Source of the DNA: Podarcis cretensis
Taxonomy: Eukaryota
Length of the DNA stretch: 64,000 nucleotides
Assembly: GCA_951804945.1 (NCBI GenBank)
Contig: OX638155.1
Coordinates: 43,586,001-43,650,000, forward strand
Reading direction: 5' to 3'
Each line of letters opens with the position of its first letter. The first letter of the stretch is position 1. A model generated the notes under the pieces. It worked only from the letters and a program-made list of their open reading frames with translations. It was not told where the DNA came from and ran no database searches. A program made the translations under genes and the position numbers. Shown here piece after piece: positions 27,098 through 40,144 of the stretch.

Positions 27098-27466
27098 CAG
27101 GTCTCAAGAGACTGTGATCTACTCCCAGTATTAAAAAAAAAAACTGGCAGTGATCTACCAATTGTTATTGAGGATTGACCAGAGTTGACTGAGCTTCTTT
27201 GAAGGGGGAATGACATGATTCGCTCACCTAAAACTCCACTGCTAAAAAACGCACACAGCGCTAAAGCCAATCATCGTATTCCCAATCGCCAAGAGAAAAT
27301 GCCAAACACTGCCCACTTGACGCAAAAGAGGGACAGAGAGAGGGGAGCGGGAGGGTGGAGACATTAATTCCCCAGTTCTTTAAATTCCGTGATCGACCAC
27401 GATCACCAGGGGTGATCGACCACGATCACTACCTGTCGATCGCAGTTGACCGGTTGAACATGTCTG
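27098..27466. mobile_element. hAT non-autonomous element
   Basis: 8-bp TSD CTCTAGAT (27090-27097, 27467-27474), CAG...CTG ends, GATCGACC/GATCTAC subterminal repeats. Confidence 0.78.
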
Positions 27467-27683
27467 CTCTAGATGAATGAACAGACCATGATAGCAGTTT
27501 GTTCTGCCCTCAGAGTTGGAGCGCTCTATGGTTCCTACCTTGTCAATTGTTTAAAATTAGAGATATACCTATCTGCCCATTTTGATTTCATTCATTGCCT
27601 TTCCACATTGGTTTATGATGGTTTATGCTTTTTTAAAATAACCTACATTAACATTTGTATGCATTTTCATGCATACTTCTCCT

Positions 27684-27846
27684 CAGTGGCGTAGTGTGGG
27701 GGGTGCAGGGGGGGCCGGCCGCACCGGGCGCAACATCTGGGGGTTAGGGGGCACAAATCCACGGGTTAGGGGGCGCAAATCCATGGGTTAGGGGGCGCAA
27801 ATTACTTGCCTTGCCCCGGGTGCTGACAACCCACGCTACGCCACTG
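27684..27846. mobile_element. hAT MITE
   Basis: 8-bp TSD CTTCTCCT; 17-bp TIR CAGTGGCGTAG(T/C)GTGGG; three internal GGGTTAGGGGGC repeats. Confidence 0.92.
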
Positions 27847-29058
27847 CTTCTCCTAGATATCTTATATGCAGTTTTGCAGCATAATCAATTTTTTCCAAAC
27901 AATATTCACTAATATACCGTAATGTATTCTGCTCATGCATTTTTCCTGAACGCACAAATTGTTGTATGCATTTTTTGTTGGGGAACTGCAACATAAAACT
28001 CAGATTGCATTTTGGTTTGCATATTGGGTGTGAATTAGGTTTGTTTGTATTAAAATGAAAAACACATGAATTTCTCCCAATTTCTATTTAATACTGGCCA
28101 CAACAATGGTGGTTTTGCTTCTCAGAATGGAATGGAATCAACGTCTCGTTGAAATAAATGGCAGATTTCCCACTACTTTTAATGGTTATGGATCACACCC
28201 AAGTTTTATTTGCTTGCTTGTTCATTTAAGCTCAGCATCCTTATTAAACCCTTGAATTTTTGTTCTCCCTTTTATGGATTAGGTGGCAACCCCGTGTAGA
28301 TTCTTTCTCACGCTGCCTGGGGAGCAAAGCCCTTTTCTGTATATAGATTGTATAGTGGCCCCCATTTCTGTTAAGAACCTTGCACATGACATACAAAGTA
28401 GCCTCTCTGTGATGAAAATAATTGTTCTTGGATAAACAAGGAGATTCTCAGAAAGTCCCAAGGCTATTGGCAGAAGATGCGTTGGCAGCTGTAAGAGAAC
28501 AATTTTATTGTGGTGCAAGGAACTGTAAGAGGAAATGAATCTGGGATTCTCTAAGTCCCAAACGTTATAAGCTTATGCTATATAAAATTGAGGTAAACAT
28601 TCTTTATTGCCATGGCTATGTTATTACAAATCTCATTTGTTTGCATAGGGAGATATGCTGTATTTATTGTTTATTTATGTCCACTGTTTCTTACCATGCC
28701 TTTTCAAACAGGATATTCAGGGGGATTCCCCCCAAAAAAGGATGGAAGACAGAAATGTTTCACTAATTCTATGTGGGGTACAATAAACAGCTCTTCCCAC
28801 AAAAGATAATCTAATTCTCAGTCTCAAAGAATACAGTCTTGAACACCTGGTTAAAGATGTGCTGACTTGGTTTTTTTCCAGTTCAATTTTACTCCTATTA
28901 CTACAGATCGGGTTGGGGTAGGCTCTCATAATTGAGTTCACCAGTGACAAAGGCTGTGCATTGATTGTATACAGAGAAATGGAACTATAGAATATTATTA
29001 ATATATCCCTAAACACCATACATTATTAAACAGTTGAAAAGAGCACAGAATACCTTTT

Positions 29059-29254
29059 ACAGATAGGTAGCCGTGTTGGTCTGCCATAGTCAAAACAAAA
29101 AAAAATTCCTTCCAGTAGCACCTTAAAGACCAACTAAGTTAGTTCTTGGTATGAGCTTTCGTGTGCATGCACACTGTATCTGAAGAAGTGTGCATCTGAA
29201 GAAGTGTGCATGCACACGAAAGCTCATACCAAGAACTAACTTAGTTGGTCTTTA
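29059..29254 (-). mobile_element. Penelope-like element terminal fragment with inverted duplication
   Basis: Same family as 21781-21925; long perfect inverted repeat; TSD AGAATACCTTTT (29047-29058, 29255-29266). Confidence 0.82.
29176..29229 (+). ncRNA. Minimal type-I hammerhead ribozyme motif
   Basis: GTAT-CTGAAGA-A-GTGTGCAT...ATGCACAC-GAAA-GC-TC-ATAC: stem I GTAT/ATAC, CUGANGA box, stem II, GAAA, palindromic AGCU and UC cleavage site. Confidence 0.7.
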
Positions 29255-30067
29255 AGAATACCTTTTGTTAGCTTAGCCACCATGCCATTATGCCATTGTG
29301 AAAGCCACCACTAAAATCAAATAGGCTGGTGGGGAAGCTTTCCAAACAACACAATATTCTGTGGGATAAAAATATTTTGGGGGCTGCTTCCCCTAAAATG
29401 CTTCTGTCTTGTAAGGCCATATTGCTATATAAATGTGACTTTTAAGATTAAATCAAGTGTATTAGGCAGCTGAATCACTGCTTCATTCCATTTTATGGAG
29501 GCTTCTCATGGCAGTAGCGTAATATTAATCAGTCCACAATGCTAACACTTGATATTTGGGGTTATGTACCCAATTTCTTATGTACAATCATGGGCTCCTT
29601 TCAGTTTTTAAGACCCCTAGCCATAATAAAAATTAAAAATGATGACAGTAACAGAAAGAAAATAGGGCACACACAAATCTTGCGCCACTAGAACCAACAA
29701 CTTTTAATGAAAATTTATTAATTTGCTATTATTTAGGGTAAAACTTCCCAAGGAAGCTTACATCAAAAAAGAAAATTAAATCAATACTACAATATTCCCA
29801 AACACACACTCTCTCAATCAGAACCTCATGAATACATCCAGCATTAAAGCATTAAAACAGTAGCAGTGAAAACAATGCAAAGCACCACACACACAAAATA
29901 AAAACAGTCTGAAATAAAAAAGTATTTAAAGTATTGTCTGAAATCCCCCACTCTTGCTTACCCCTGCTGCCACCCCAGACTGTTGAGTGACCATAAAAAT
30001 GTGCCATTTGCTAAGCAACCTGTAAAAAATAACACTAACATCTATGTTTTAAGGAAATACTACGTAC

Positions 30068-30147
30068 CTTTAGTTCAAGCTCAGGCTTGTCTGATGAAAC
30101 AGCTCCAGCATGAAGTCATCAGACTATGGAAATATAGTGTCTGCAAC
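30068..30147 (-). other. Candidate 80-nt non-coding (UTR/lncRNA) exon
   Basis: Minus strand acceptor CTCTCATTTATTTCAG|G and donor AAG|GTACGT; stops in all three frames. Confidence 0.35.
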
Positions 30148-31248
30148 CTGAAATAAATGAGAGTGAGAGGTAAGCACCTAACTGCTATCAATTATAGCAG
30201 CTAATAAAAATTAACCCAGTGAATTCCATTCCAAAGAGAAATAAACACATAAAGCAGTAGTTGACATTTTTTTTTAAATGTATATTTATATTCAGGATCA
30301 CCCATGGAAAAATATGATGCACATATGGTGACTTCGATTTTGACATCTTGCTTTCTTTGGCATTCCTCAGAGTTGTGCTAGACTCATAGAATGAATTGCC
30401 TTAATAAGTCCTATTTCCCCCAACCCCAAGCAAAGAATCAATTGGCCAATTTAAACCTTGACCTATTCCATTTCTATTCTCATCACTCCCTGCTTCTCAG
30501 TTATAAAGTACCCAATGGCTTTATAATCAATCTAATGTATGTGATGACAATGATATTGATTGATTTAATTTGTATACCATCCTTTGTCTGACGATCCCAG
30601 GGTGGTTCATAACAGAAAATCTGAATACAAAATGCACAATAAAACAAACAAACAAATAACCCCCTCCCACAAATAAAACTGCTAGAAAGAACTAGACATA
30701 TGCCATTTATTTATTTAGGAAAATTCTAGTGGATTCAATCCTGGGATAATAACATAATACACAATAAAATCAAATTTATATAAAACCAGTATCACCTTAA
30801 AACAATAACAACAAACAGGTGTGGCAAGGGCAAGGGTGTTTAATGCCACAAATAGACAGTTAACTAAAGGCCTGGATGAATAAATAGTGCCCATAACCCA
30901 TCAATGCCAGCACTTGTTGAACCTTGCAGGTTATTACATATGTTTCTCACATGTTGCCACATAGCGCATGTTTGGCAGATGCAGCACAGTTAATTATGAA
31001 CCCAGGGCTTAAATGCAGTTGGGTTTTCCTTAATTTTATTTATTTATCTGTTCATATAATTAACGCCTGTTTCAGCCCTAAAAAACAGCTTTTTACCTTG
31101 TCACTTAATAGGATCTGATTACATCAAAAGTCATAAGATCCAGTGGTGATGTTTTACTATTTTAGTCTATGGTTTAGACATGCAGCTATCACACTGCTAA
31201 CTAGCATTTCTATCCCAGGTAATAATCCTAACTTCCAGAGGGTAGGAC

Positions 31249-31502
31249 CGGAACAAAAGTTACAAGAAAGGAGATTCTGACTAAACATTAGGAAGAACTT
31301 TCTGATGGTAACAGTTGTACAACAGTAGAACAGCCTCCTTAAGTAGTTGGTGGACTTTCCTTCCTTAGATGTTTTTAAGCGCAGGTTAGATGGCCATCAG
31401 TCATGGATGTTGTAGCTGAGATTCCTGCATTGTTGAGGGTTGAACTAGATGACTCTTGTGGTCTCTTCCAACTCTATGATTCCATAATTCTAAGATTCTA
31501 AG
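31249..31502 (+). mobile_element. CR1 LINE 3' end
   Basis: AGATTCTGACTAAACATTAGGAAGAACTTTCTG...CTTCCAACTCTATGATTCCATAATTCTAAGATTCTAAG octamer tail. Confidence 0.85.
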
Positions 31503-34500
31503 TTCCCCATTTGAACATTATGCCTGAAAAGGAACATGTGCAAGGTTCTTCAAACATCTACTTTTCAATGTTTTTTGTAACTTATAAACCCATCAGGAAT
31601 TTGCACATGGTAGGCATAAGTTAGCTTTTCTCTTCTCCTCTCCCCTGTCAGTAGTGAGCCAATATCATGCCATGTTGAATTAGGAAAAGGGATATTTATG
31701 TTGAAGTCCTCAGATTCAAGCCACAGAACACATTTACTTGTCTTGGGATGCTAAGGAAGAGGAAGAGAAGGGAACCATGTAGGCTGCTCTGAGCTTCTCA
31801 GAGAGAGGGTGGGATTAAAATGTATTAAACAGATGAACAGAATTTCTCCAGATTAGCTACCATTCATCTGTCATGTTTCCTCTTCACACAATCATAATTT
31901 ATGCATTTTGAGATGGGCAGTAATTTGCTACTAATTCTACCGTTATTGTTCCCTAAGAATAGTGATGAGGCTGAGGAGGAATCATTACTTTGCAAAACTC
32001 CATGGTTTAGGGGAGTTTATCAGAACAATAAATATTAGAAGCTAGCCATGTTGCAAATTTGGCATCACTCAGAAATTGACATTTTATATTTTAGTTTTAG
32101 GTTTCAACAGCTTCATGTATAGAACTAATGCATAGGGCAGAGATGAGTGTGTCACATGCAGTTTGAATCACAGGAGGGGTGGCCAGATGCCAACCTCTGC
32201 CCTCCCAATGTCTGAATTTTCAATCTAAGACAAATAATCCATCTGGACATCTTAAAGGGAAGGAAGGTGTATCCTAAGTGCTCTTCTCCAGCCAGTTGAA
32301 ATTAACACTGAAATTGGATAGCTTTAAAGTCACCCGAATTATAAGGGAGGATGTTGAAAGGAATCAGCAAAATGCCTTCAAAACTATTTTTTCCCTCTCT
32401 TGAACGTGGGTCTCAGTTGAGTATGTGAACCTTTCTTTATGCTGAGCTGACATTGGCTCCCAATGACCTCAGATCACAGTAGGTGTTAAGGAGCAGAGGT
32501 TTCTCCGGGAAGTTCAGGGGTGGTAGAAATGTTTTGATTCTGCAGCTGAAGAAAGGCTGCCAGGATCTTGCAAGCAAGCAGCGGAATATTGTATTTGTTT
32601 TTATAGTGTGGTCATTATTTTTCTCACAATGTGGTTCCTGCAATCTTTGAAGTCTTTTGACTCCTTTAGTCTCTGGATAATGGCTGACATGGCTTGTTTG
32701 CTTATTCATGATGCTGTCTCTTTCGGGAGAGGGGTTTTTTTCTTCTTCTGCTGCTGGTGCTATATCCTGTTTTATACAATCCTTAGCCACAGCTAGCAAA
32801 TAACAGCCAGGAAGCCATAAAACACTACTGAAGATCTTCCTTTCAGTTTCTGTAACTCAGTGATGGAAACCATCTGTGATAATTAAATAGAAGTGGACAA
32901 GGTTTTGAAGGTTTCTTGTGATTCGTTTCTGAGGGTCAATAGATACTTTTCCTTCACAGAGATGGCACCATAAAGGCAGGGAGGGGGAATGTATGTGTAC
33001 TGTACTGCCACTTGTGAATTATTATTGTATGAGTCTTTATTTTACTATGAGTTTACAGCCTGAATGTTGCTATCACTGGGGAAAGCCTGAGGAGAACTAA
33101 TTCAACAGTGAGCCTTCTCAGTTATGGGCTGCATTCTCCTCAGAAATCCACTTGGCACTACCTTTTGCTTACTTTTAGCAAACTGAAAACATGTATTTTA
33201 TCATCAGGCTTTTGATGAATAATATTTCTGGACCTGAAAATGTAGTTAATGGATGGTTTTTAACTGATTTAAATTTATTATTGTTTGTATTTATTCTTGT
33301 AACTTTTACCTGAGGTCAATGAAGAAAGGGTGAGATATAAATTATAAAAATAAATAAATACAACTCAGAAAAATGCCTTTTTGTGGCATTCAGCAGCATC
33401 TCTGGTATCTAGTTGTGAAAAACATAAACTTTTCAAACTACATTTCTCTAGAGAGCTATTATTTTATTGTTGGCATGCACGGTTGGCGTAAGAAGACTTG
33501 GCATCTCAACACAACATCACTGAAACAAAGAAAATGAAAGTTGCCAAGATAGAGCAGATCCTGTGGGGACCTAGAATGGCCCATTGCCTGCCTGGTGTGT
33601 CCTCAACTCCTGAATCTCTGTCCAATTTCTCTTTACTTGTGGCAACAGTCACAAAATTCAGTATACAATTATCCTATTGATTCCCAGCCGCTCAACTAAA
33701 GTCCTTAAGCAAAAACATCTTTAACAAATGTCTTAATAGAGCTAAAATCATCTTTAATGATGTGAACCAACAGTTCCTGAAAAAATCCCTAGCATTACCC
33801 AGATTCAAGGATTAAGCATCAAACAAACAGAAACAGTTGCTATGTTGCTATTGTCTTTAATCCTTCTTGAAATGATGGCGTTTGTTTTTCAGATGTTACA
33901 TTATGACAATATTGCCTTCTTAGCAATAAATTACAAAGAAAAGCATTAATTCAATATAATGACTAATATAAGACCCCCAACAAGTGGTTTTTTAAAAATA
34001 AAAAAGCTTGTAATTCATGTTAAAATTTCATCTCAGCATGTGTAGACCACACAATGTGTCAGTGTTTGTTCTTTACATAAAATAAGGACCACCAGGGGAT
34101 TTTAAATTGTGCACTAGTTGTAGAAAAATTACTTCTGCAGCAAATGTAAGGCAGACAGACAGACAGAGATTTTTGGCTGATCCAGTAGTCCATGGACAGG
34201 GACATCACTTAGGCTGCCAGAAAATGAATCTGCTAACTCAATTTTTGTTCTTCAAATCATTCTATGTTTCTCAATATACTGCCCTCTGCTGCACTGATTT
34301 TCCCACTCATTTTCCTCCATAATAGGCCGGCTGATCACTAATACATATATTCTGCTTCCAGACAAACCTAGAGACCCAAACAATTCTCAGGCAATGAATA
34401 AAAGCATCTTAAATACAGTGTTTGGTTTAGCTCCAGAAAATGCACACCATGATATAACATAATAGATGGAGTTTTGGGACGATTTTAACATTATTTCACC

Positions 34501-34812
34501 ACCACCACCAGTTCCCAATATGAAGGCTGCCAAAAGGTACTCACTCATGTCAACATTTCATGTGATGGGTTAAAACCTAAAAGCTTCTTAAGACATGTGC
34601 CACCCATGTGCGTGCATTGTCAGCATGCCAGTGTGGTTGCTGACATCACTGGAAACATACAGTATTGGTGCAAGGACACTGCATACTATAAGCAATCATA
34701 TGACATGAGAGCTTTTCAAAGTTTTATGCCCACTACATAGAGCCAACATGGACTGGTGCTTTTTGACAGCCTCTACAAACCTCTACCCACAAAACTTTTT
34801 ATTCTTGTCTTA

Positions 34813-35174
34813 GTAAAGGTAAAGGTACCCCTGCCCGTGCGGGCCAGTCTTGACAGACTCTGGGGTTGGTGCGCCCATCTCACTCAAGAGGCCGGGGGCC
34901 AGCGCTGTCCGGAGACACTTCCGGGTCACGTGGCCAGCGTGACAAAGCTGCATCTGGCGAGCCAGCGCAGCACACGGAAACGCCGTTTACCTTCCCGCCA
35001 GTAAGCGGTCCCTATTTATCTACTTGCACCCGGGGGTGCTTTCGAACTGCTAGGTTGGCAGGCGCTGGGACCGAGCAGCGGGAGCGCACCCCGCCGCGGG
35101 GATTCGAACCGCCGACCTTCCGATCGGCAAGCCCTAGGCGCTGAGGCTTTTACCCACAGCGCCACCCGCGTCCC
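34813..35174 (-). mobile_element. Full-length Sauria SINE
   Basis: Closely similar to 7416-7780; 12-bp TSD ATTCTTGTCTTA (34801-34812, 35175-35186). Confidence 0.95.
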
Positions 35175-36391
35175 ATTCTTGTCTTAATCATGGTTAAAAG
35201 AAAAGAAGACCTAAGACAACAGTATCCTTTGGGAGCAAAAGCACTTTATAATATGAAGAGGATCATCTGGGGTTCCTATTGTACTGCGTTTTTGCTCCCA
35301 ATGCATCTTTTTACGAACATTAAAAGAGTAATGGAAAGTTTTGTACAATGACTGTAGTAGTGAAACTCTATGTTGAAATCTTGGTAACAGTGGCTTCACA
35401 TACAGGTTTTGTGCTCATTTAAACGGACTCAACTTGTGGCTGATTTGGACAGGCATCAAATTATCTTATTGCTAAACTTGCTGGCCCTCTAGTACCCAAG
35501 TTCTTCTCTCGCCTCTCAAAAGTAACTAAAAACTGATTTAAATTGTAATTTCCAGATCTTTCCAAACAAGTAGACAGCAGCATGAGTTTAACTATAGTAA
35601 TGATTTATTCAGCACATCTCCAAACTGATCACAACCTTAAGGATGTGCTGAGCAAGGAAATAAAGAATTTTGTGTTGGAAATACAATTTTGCTACCAGCT
35701 TGCAATTCAAGCTTTACTCCTCCTGATTTACAGAGGGACAATCCTAGAAAAATATTGTGGAGTGGGCTCCCACAACTACCACTGATGACCACATAGGTCA
35801 CAAAGGTATAAACACATGTATGACCCTCATTCAAATGGGCACTGACTAATCCAGTTTATTTTCTCCAAGACCAGCTCTGATCTCATTCACTTAAATGGGA
35901 ATAGCATATTAGGCAACATTTATAGGCAATGTTCTTCCCCTGTCACTCAGTAAACAATCTTGTACTTGTATACAAATTAAAGAATGCATCCTCTGCCATG
36001 CAATGCGAATGAGCAAGAAAATCCAGTAAGATACCAGAATCATAGAAGAAGAAAAAGAATAAGCACTTATATTTTTGCTCTATTTCCTCTCTAACACCAT
36101 GGCTCTGATAGAAAGACACATAGCCATTGTCCCCTGAAGTCCTTAGGGTTTCTATTTCTTATATAAGCCTGATTCTTGATTGGCAGATGTGTTTGCATAT
36201 ATTACACACACACACATGTGCTCACTTAATGTGAGGGATGGAGTTCATACCACTGGCCTAGTAGTCTGTTATTTTTTCCTGTGGAGACTGCACATATCAC
36301 TCCTCTAACATATGTAATGCCTTGTGGCATAGATATCTCCATACATTTTTGTGGGTAGAAAAAAAAGCCACCAACTCATCCTACTTTTACT

Positions 36392-39170
36392 TTTTTTATA
36401 TAATAATTTTTATTAATTTTCTAATTTTAAAACAAAGCAATAACAACATAGGAACATCATCAGATACAAACAAACACAGAGATATAATTTCTTAACCTCA
36501 TTTTCATAAACCTCCTTTCTCGGACTTCCCCATACCTCACCCTTTTTGCATCCTTATTTTACAGTTTTTCAGCAACCCTTTTTACCAATTAGATTTAAAC
36601 TTATTATCTTTCTCAATTTCCCCTTAAATTATCAAACAGTTTCAGCTGTAATTCTACATCTTCCTTCCCCTTGACATTTTAGCACTCCTCAATTTTGTAA
36701 CAGTTCTTAAGATATACTTTAAACTTCTTCCAATCTTCCTCCACCATCTCTTTCTCTTGGTCACGGATTCTGCCAGTCATTTCTGCCAGTCCCATAAAGT
36801 CAATCACTTTCGTCTGCCATTCTTCCAGTGTGGGTAATTCTTGTGTCTTCCAATACTTTGCTAGAAGAATCCTTGCTGCTGTAGTGGCGTACATAAAAAA
36901 AGTCTTATCCTTCATTGACACCAATTGGCCGACCATGCCCAAGAGAAATGCCTCCGGTTTCTTATGAAAGGTACATTTAAGTACCTTCTTAATATCATTA
37001 AAAATCATTTCCCAAAAGACTTTAATCTTTGGGCAGGTCCACCAAAGGTGAAAGAAGGTGCCTTCAGTCTCATTACATTTCCAACATTTATTATTGGGCA
37101 GATGATAAATCTTCGCAAGCTTGACTGGGGTCATGTACCACCTGTAGATCATTTTCATAATATTTTCTCTTAGGGCATTACATGCCGTAAATTTAATACC
37201 GGTGGTCCATAACTGCTCCCAGTCAGCAAACATAATGTCATGGCCTATGTCCTGTGCCCATTTAATCATAGCTGACTTAACTGTCTCATCTATTGTATTC
37301 CACCTCAGCAGCAAATTATACATTCTTGATAAGTTCTTAGTATTGGGTTCTAACAATTCTGTTTCTAATTTCGATTTCTCCACCTGGAAGCCAATTTTCC
37401 TGTCTTGTTTAAAGGTCTCCATTATTTGATAATAATGGAGCCAATCTCGTACCTTGGACTTCATTTTCTCAAAACTCTGTAATTTGAATTTGCCACTTTC
37501 TTCTTCTAAAATTTCAAAATATTTTGGCCATTTGGATTCCATATTAAGTTTCTTCACCTCCTTAGCCTCCATTGGTGATAACCACCTAGGAGTTTTATTT
37601 TCCAGCAAATCCTTATATCGAATCCAAACATTGTATAATGCTTTCCTAACAATATGGTTTTTGAAACCCTTGTGAACTTTAACCTTGTCATACCATATAT
37701 ATGCATGCCAACCAAACCTATTGTCGAATCCTTCCAAGTCCAGAATGTCTGCATTCTCAAGAAGTAGCCAATCTTTCAACCAGCAAAAAGCTGCCGATTC
37801 ATAGTACAGTCTTAAGTCTGGCAGGGCAAACCCCCCTCTTTCTTTTGCATCAGTAAGTATCTTAAGTTTTATTCTGGGCTTTTTGCCCTGCCAGACAAAT
37901 TTCGATATATCTTTCTGCCACTTCTTGAAACAGTCTAGTTTATCCACAATTTGTAATGTCTGAAACAAAAATAACATTCTAGGCAATACATTCATTTTAA
38001 TCACTGCGATTCGACCTAACAAGGAAAGCTTCAAGTTCGACCATATTTCTAGATCTTTCTTTACCTCTGTCCAACATTTGTCATAATTGTCTTTAAATAA
38101 GTTCACATTCTTAGATGTCATGTTAATCCCCAAATATTTTACTTTCTTTGCCACCATTAACCCAGTTTCATTTTGAAAACTCTCTCTTTCAACATTTGTT
38201 AGATTTTTTTCCAAAACTTTGGTTTTTTGTTTGTTCAGCTTAAATCCTGCCACCTGACCAAAGACTTGGATTAACTCTAAGACTCTTTTTGTACTAGTGT
38301 CTGGCTCTTGTAAAGTCAATACTAAATCATCTGCAAATGCCTTCAATTTATAATGTTTGGCTCCGACCTGAACTCCTTTTACCAGCTGGTCCCCCCTGAT
38401 CATATTCAGCAAAACCTCCAGGACTGATATAAAAAGTAATGGGGATATTGGGCACCCCTGCCGTGTCCCTTTTTCTATAGAAAGTTCATCAGTAACCACA
38501 TTATTTACAATTAACTTTGCCTTTTGTTCAGAATATATTGCACCTATACCATTTTCAAACCTTTGGCCTACCCCCATCCCGTGGAGATTCTTCTTCATAA
38601 AATTCCAAGAAATATTATCAAAGGCTTTCTCCGCGTCCACAAAAATTAAAACTGCTTTTGTGTTGATATTTACAGTCAGCAGTTCCATAAGGTCAATTAT
38701 GTTCCTTACATTGTCTGATAAATGTCTTCCTGGGAGGAAGCCTGCCTGATCCTTGTGAATCTCCTCCACCAATACCTTCTTCAGTCTTTTTGCTAAAATG
38801 TCAGCAAATATTTTGTAATCCACATTAAGTAACGATATGGGGCGGTAGTTCTTGATCTGATTTTTTTCAGTTTCAGTCTTTGGTATAAGTGTAATGAAAG
38901 CTTCTTTCCACGATTCAGGTGCCTTTTCCCCCTCTAATATTTCATTACAAACCTCCTTAAGCGGCTGTATTAACCATTCCTTCAATGCTTTATAGTATCT
39001 GGAGGTTAATCCATCTGGTCCTGGAGATTTCCCTAATTGCATATTTTGAATGGCACCCTCTATTTCTTGATCTGTTATTTTCTCATTTAAAGCCAACATA
39101 TTTTGTTGTGAGATTTTTTGTAATCCATGTTTCTTAAGAAAATCTTCTATATCTCCTTCGTTTTCCGGCC
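36392..39170 (-). mobile_element. 5'-truncated young LINE-1 (L1 clade)
   Basis: Perfect 17-bp TSD CTCATCCTACTTTTACT at 36375-36391 and 39171-39187. AATAAA and a short A-tail on the minus strand. Contains an ORF2 RT. Confidence 0.96.
36679..39099 (-). CDS. L1 ORF2p fragment (reverse transcriptase + C-terminal CCHC); endonuclease lost by 5' truncation
   Basis: Motifs KSPGPDG, YRPISLLNVDYKI, DAEKAFD, GTRQGCPISP, FADD, KYLGI and CWKC..FFHLWWTC. The frame stays open up to the truncation point near 39168. Confidence 0.96.
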   Translation of the reverse strand: MLALNEKITDQEIEGAIQNMQLGKSPGPDGLTSRYYKALKEWLIQPLKEVCNEILEGEKAPESWKEAFITLIPKTETEKNQIKNYRPISLLNVDYKIFADILAKRLKKVLVEEIHKDQAGFLPGRHLSDNVRNIIDLMELLTVNINTKAVLIFVDAEKAFDNISWNFMKKNLHGMGVGQRFENGIGAIYSEQKAKLIVNNVVTDELSIEKGTRQGCPISPLLFISVLEVLLNMIRGDQLVKGVQVGAKHYKLKAFADDLVLTLQEPDTSTKRVLELIQVFGQVAGFKLNKQKTKVLEKNLTNVERESFQNETGLMVAKKVKYLGINMTSKNVNLFKDNYDKCWTEVKKDLEIWSNLKLSLLGRIAVIKMNVLPRMLFLFQTLQIVDKLDCFKKWQKDISKFVWQGKKPRIKLKILTDAKERGGFALPDLRLYYESAAFCWLKDWLLLENADILDLEGFDNRFGWHAYIWYDKVKVHKGFKNHIVRKALYNVWIRYKDLLENKTPRWLSPMEAKEVKKLNMESKWPKYFEILEEESGKFKLQSFEKMKSKVRDWLHYYQIMETFKQDRKIGFQVEKSKLETELLEPNTKNLSRMYNLLLRWNTIDETVKSAMIKWAQDIGHDIMFADWEQLWTTGIKFTACNALRENIMKMIYRWYMTPVKLAKIYHLPNNKCWKCNETEGTFFHLWWTCPKIKVFWEMIFNDIKKVLKCTFHKKPEAFLLGMVGQLVSMKDKTFFMYATTAARILLAKYWKTQELPTLEEWQTKVIDFMGLAEMTGRIRDQEKEMVEEDWKKFKVYLKNCYKIEEC

Positions 39171-39918
39171 CTCATCCTACTTTTACTAACGTGAGCCCAA
39201 TGGATGTCCTGGGCTGCCTCCCACAATTATCTAGTTCAAGTACCTAGTTCTGCCACAACACAATACAGTAGTTCTAGCTGCAGTCTCAGAAAGATTATTT
39301 GGAGGAGGGACAGAATCCAACTGAGGGAGACATGGTGAGGAAAAGACAGTGAAAGTCAGATGAGCTTCTAGCAGTATTCAGGGCCAAGGTTATGTCCTAA
39401 GATATGTGCCCTAACTCAGTATTTGCTAGTCCCATGCCTTCCAGATGTTGCGGAAGGGCACTGGGTTGGTGAAGGGTACCCTAACCCATTTCATCTTAAG
39501 CAGTAGCTATCACATAGGAATTCAGACACAGATGGATAGCTAAGTGCATCCCACACATTTACATGGCTGCTACTGAGTGGGAGATAATTTATGGTGATTA
39601 GTACAAACTGCGAATGGGAATTGTTCTGAGAAAAAATACTTGCTCTTCTTGTGGGCTCTTGCCACTTACGTCAGTGTGGAAAAGATAACATTAATCTGCA
39701 ATGATTTTACTACATACTTTTGCACTTTAAGATTTTGCATTTATTCCCAGAGGGTGCAGAATGTTTGATCTGGGAAACAACTGCAAATTAAAAGGATCAC
39801 TTCTGAATGATTCAATTGGACTTCAAAATCAGATGTTCAATTCAAAGTATACATATTTTACTGCCATAACTTTTTAAAATGAAAGGGAAAAGAAACTGCT
39901 AGAATTCACTTCAGATTA

Positions 39919-40144
39919 CAGTGGTACCTCGGGTTACATACGCTTCAGGTTAGAGACTCTGCTAACCCAGAAATAGTACCTTGGGTTAAGAACTTTGCTT
40001 CAGGATGAGAACAGAAATCATGCTCCGGTGGTGCAGCAGCAGCAGGAGGCCCCATTAGCTAAGGTGGTGCTTCAGGTTAAGAACAGTTTCAGGTTAAGAA
40101 CAGACCTCTGGAACGAATTAAGTACTTAACCCGAAACACCACTG
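39919..40144 (+). mobile_element. Tc1/mariner MITE, family A
   Basis: Homologous to 18417-18652. Confidence 0.9.
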
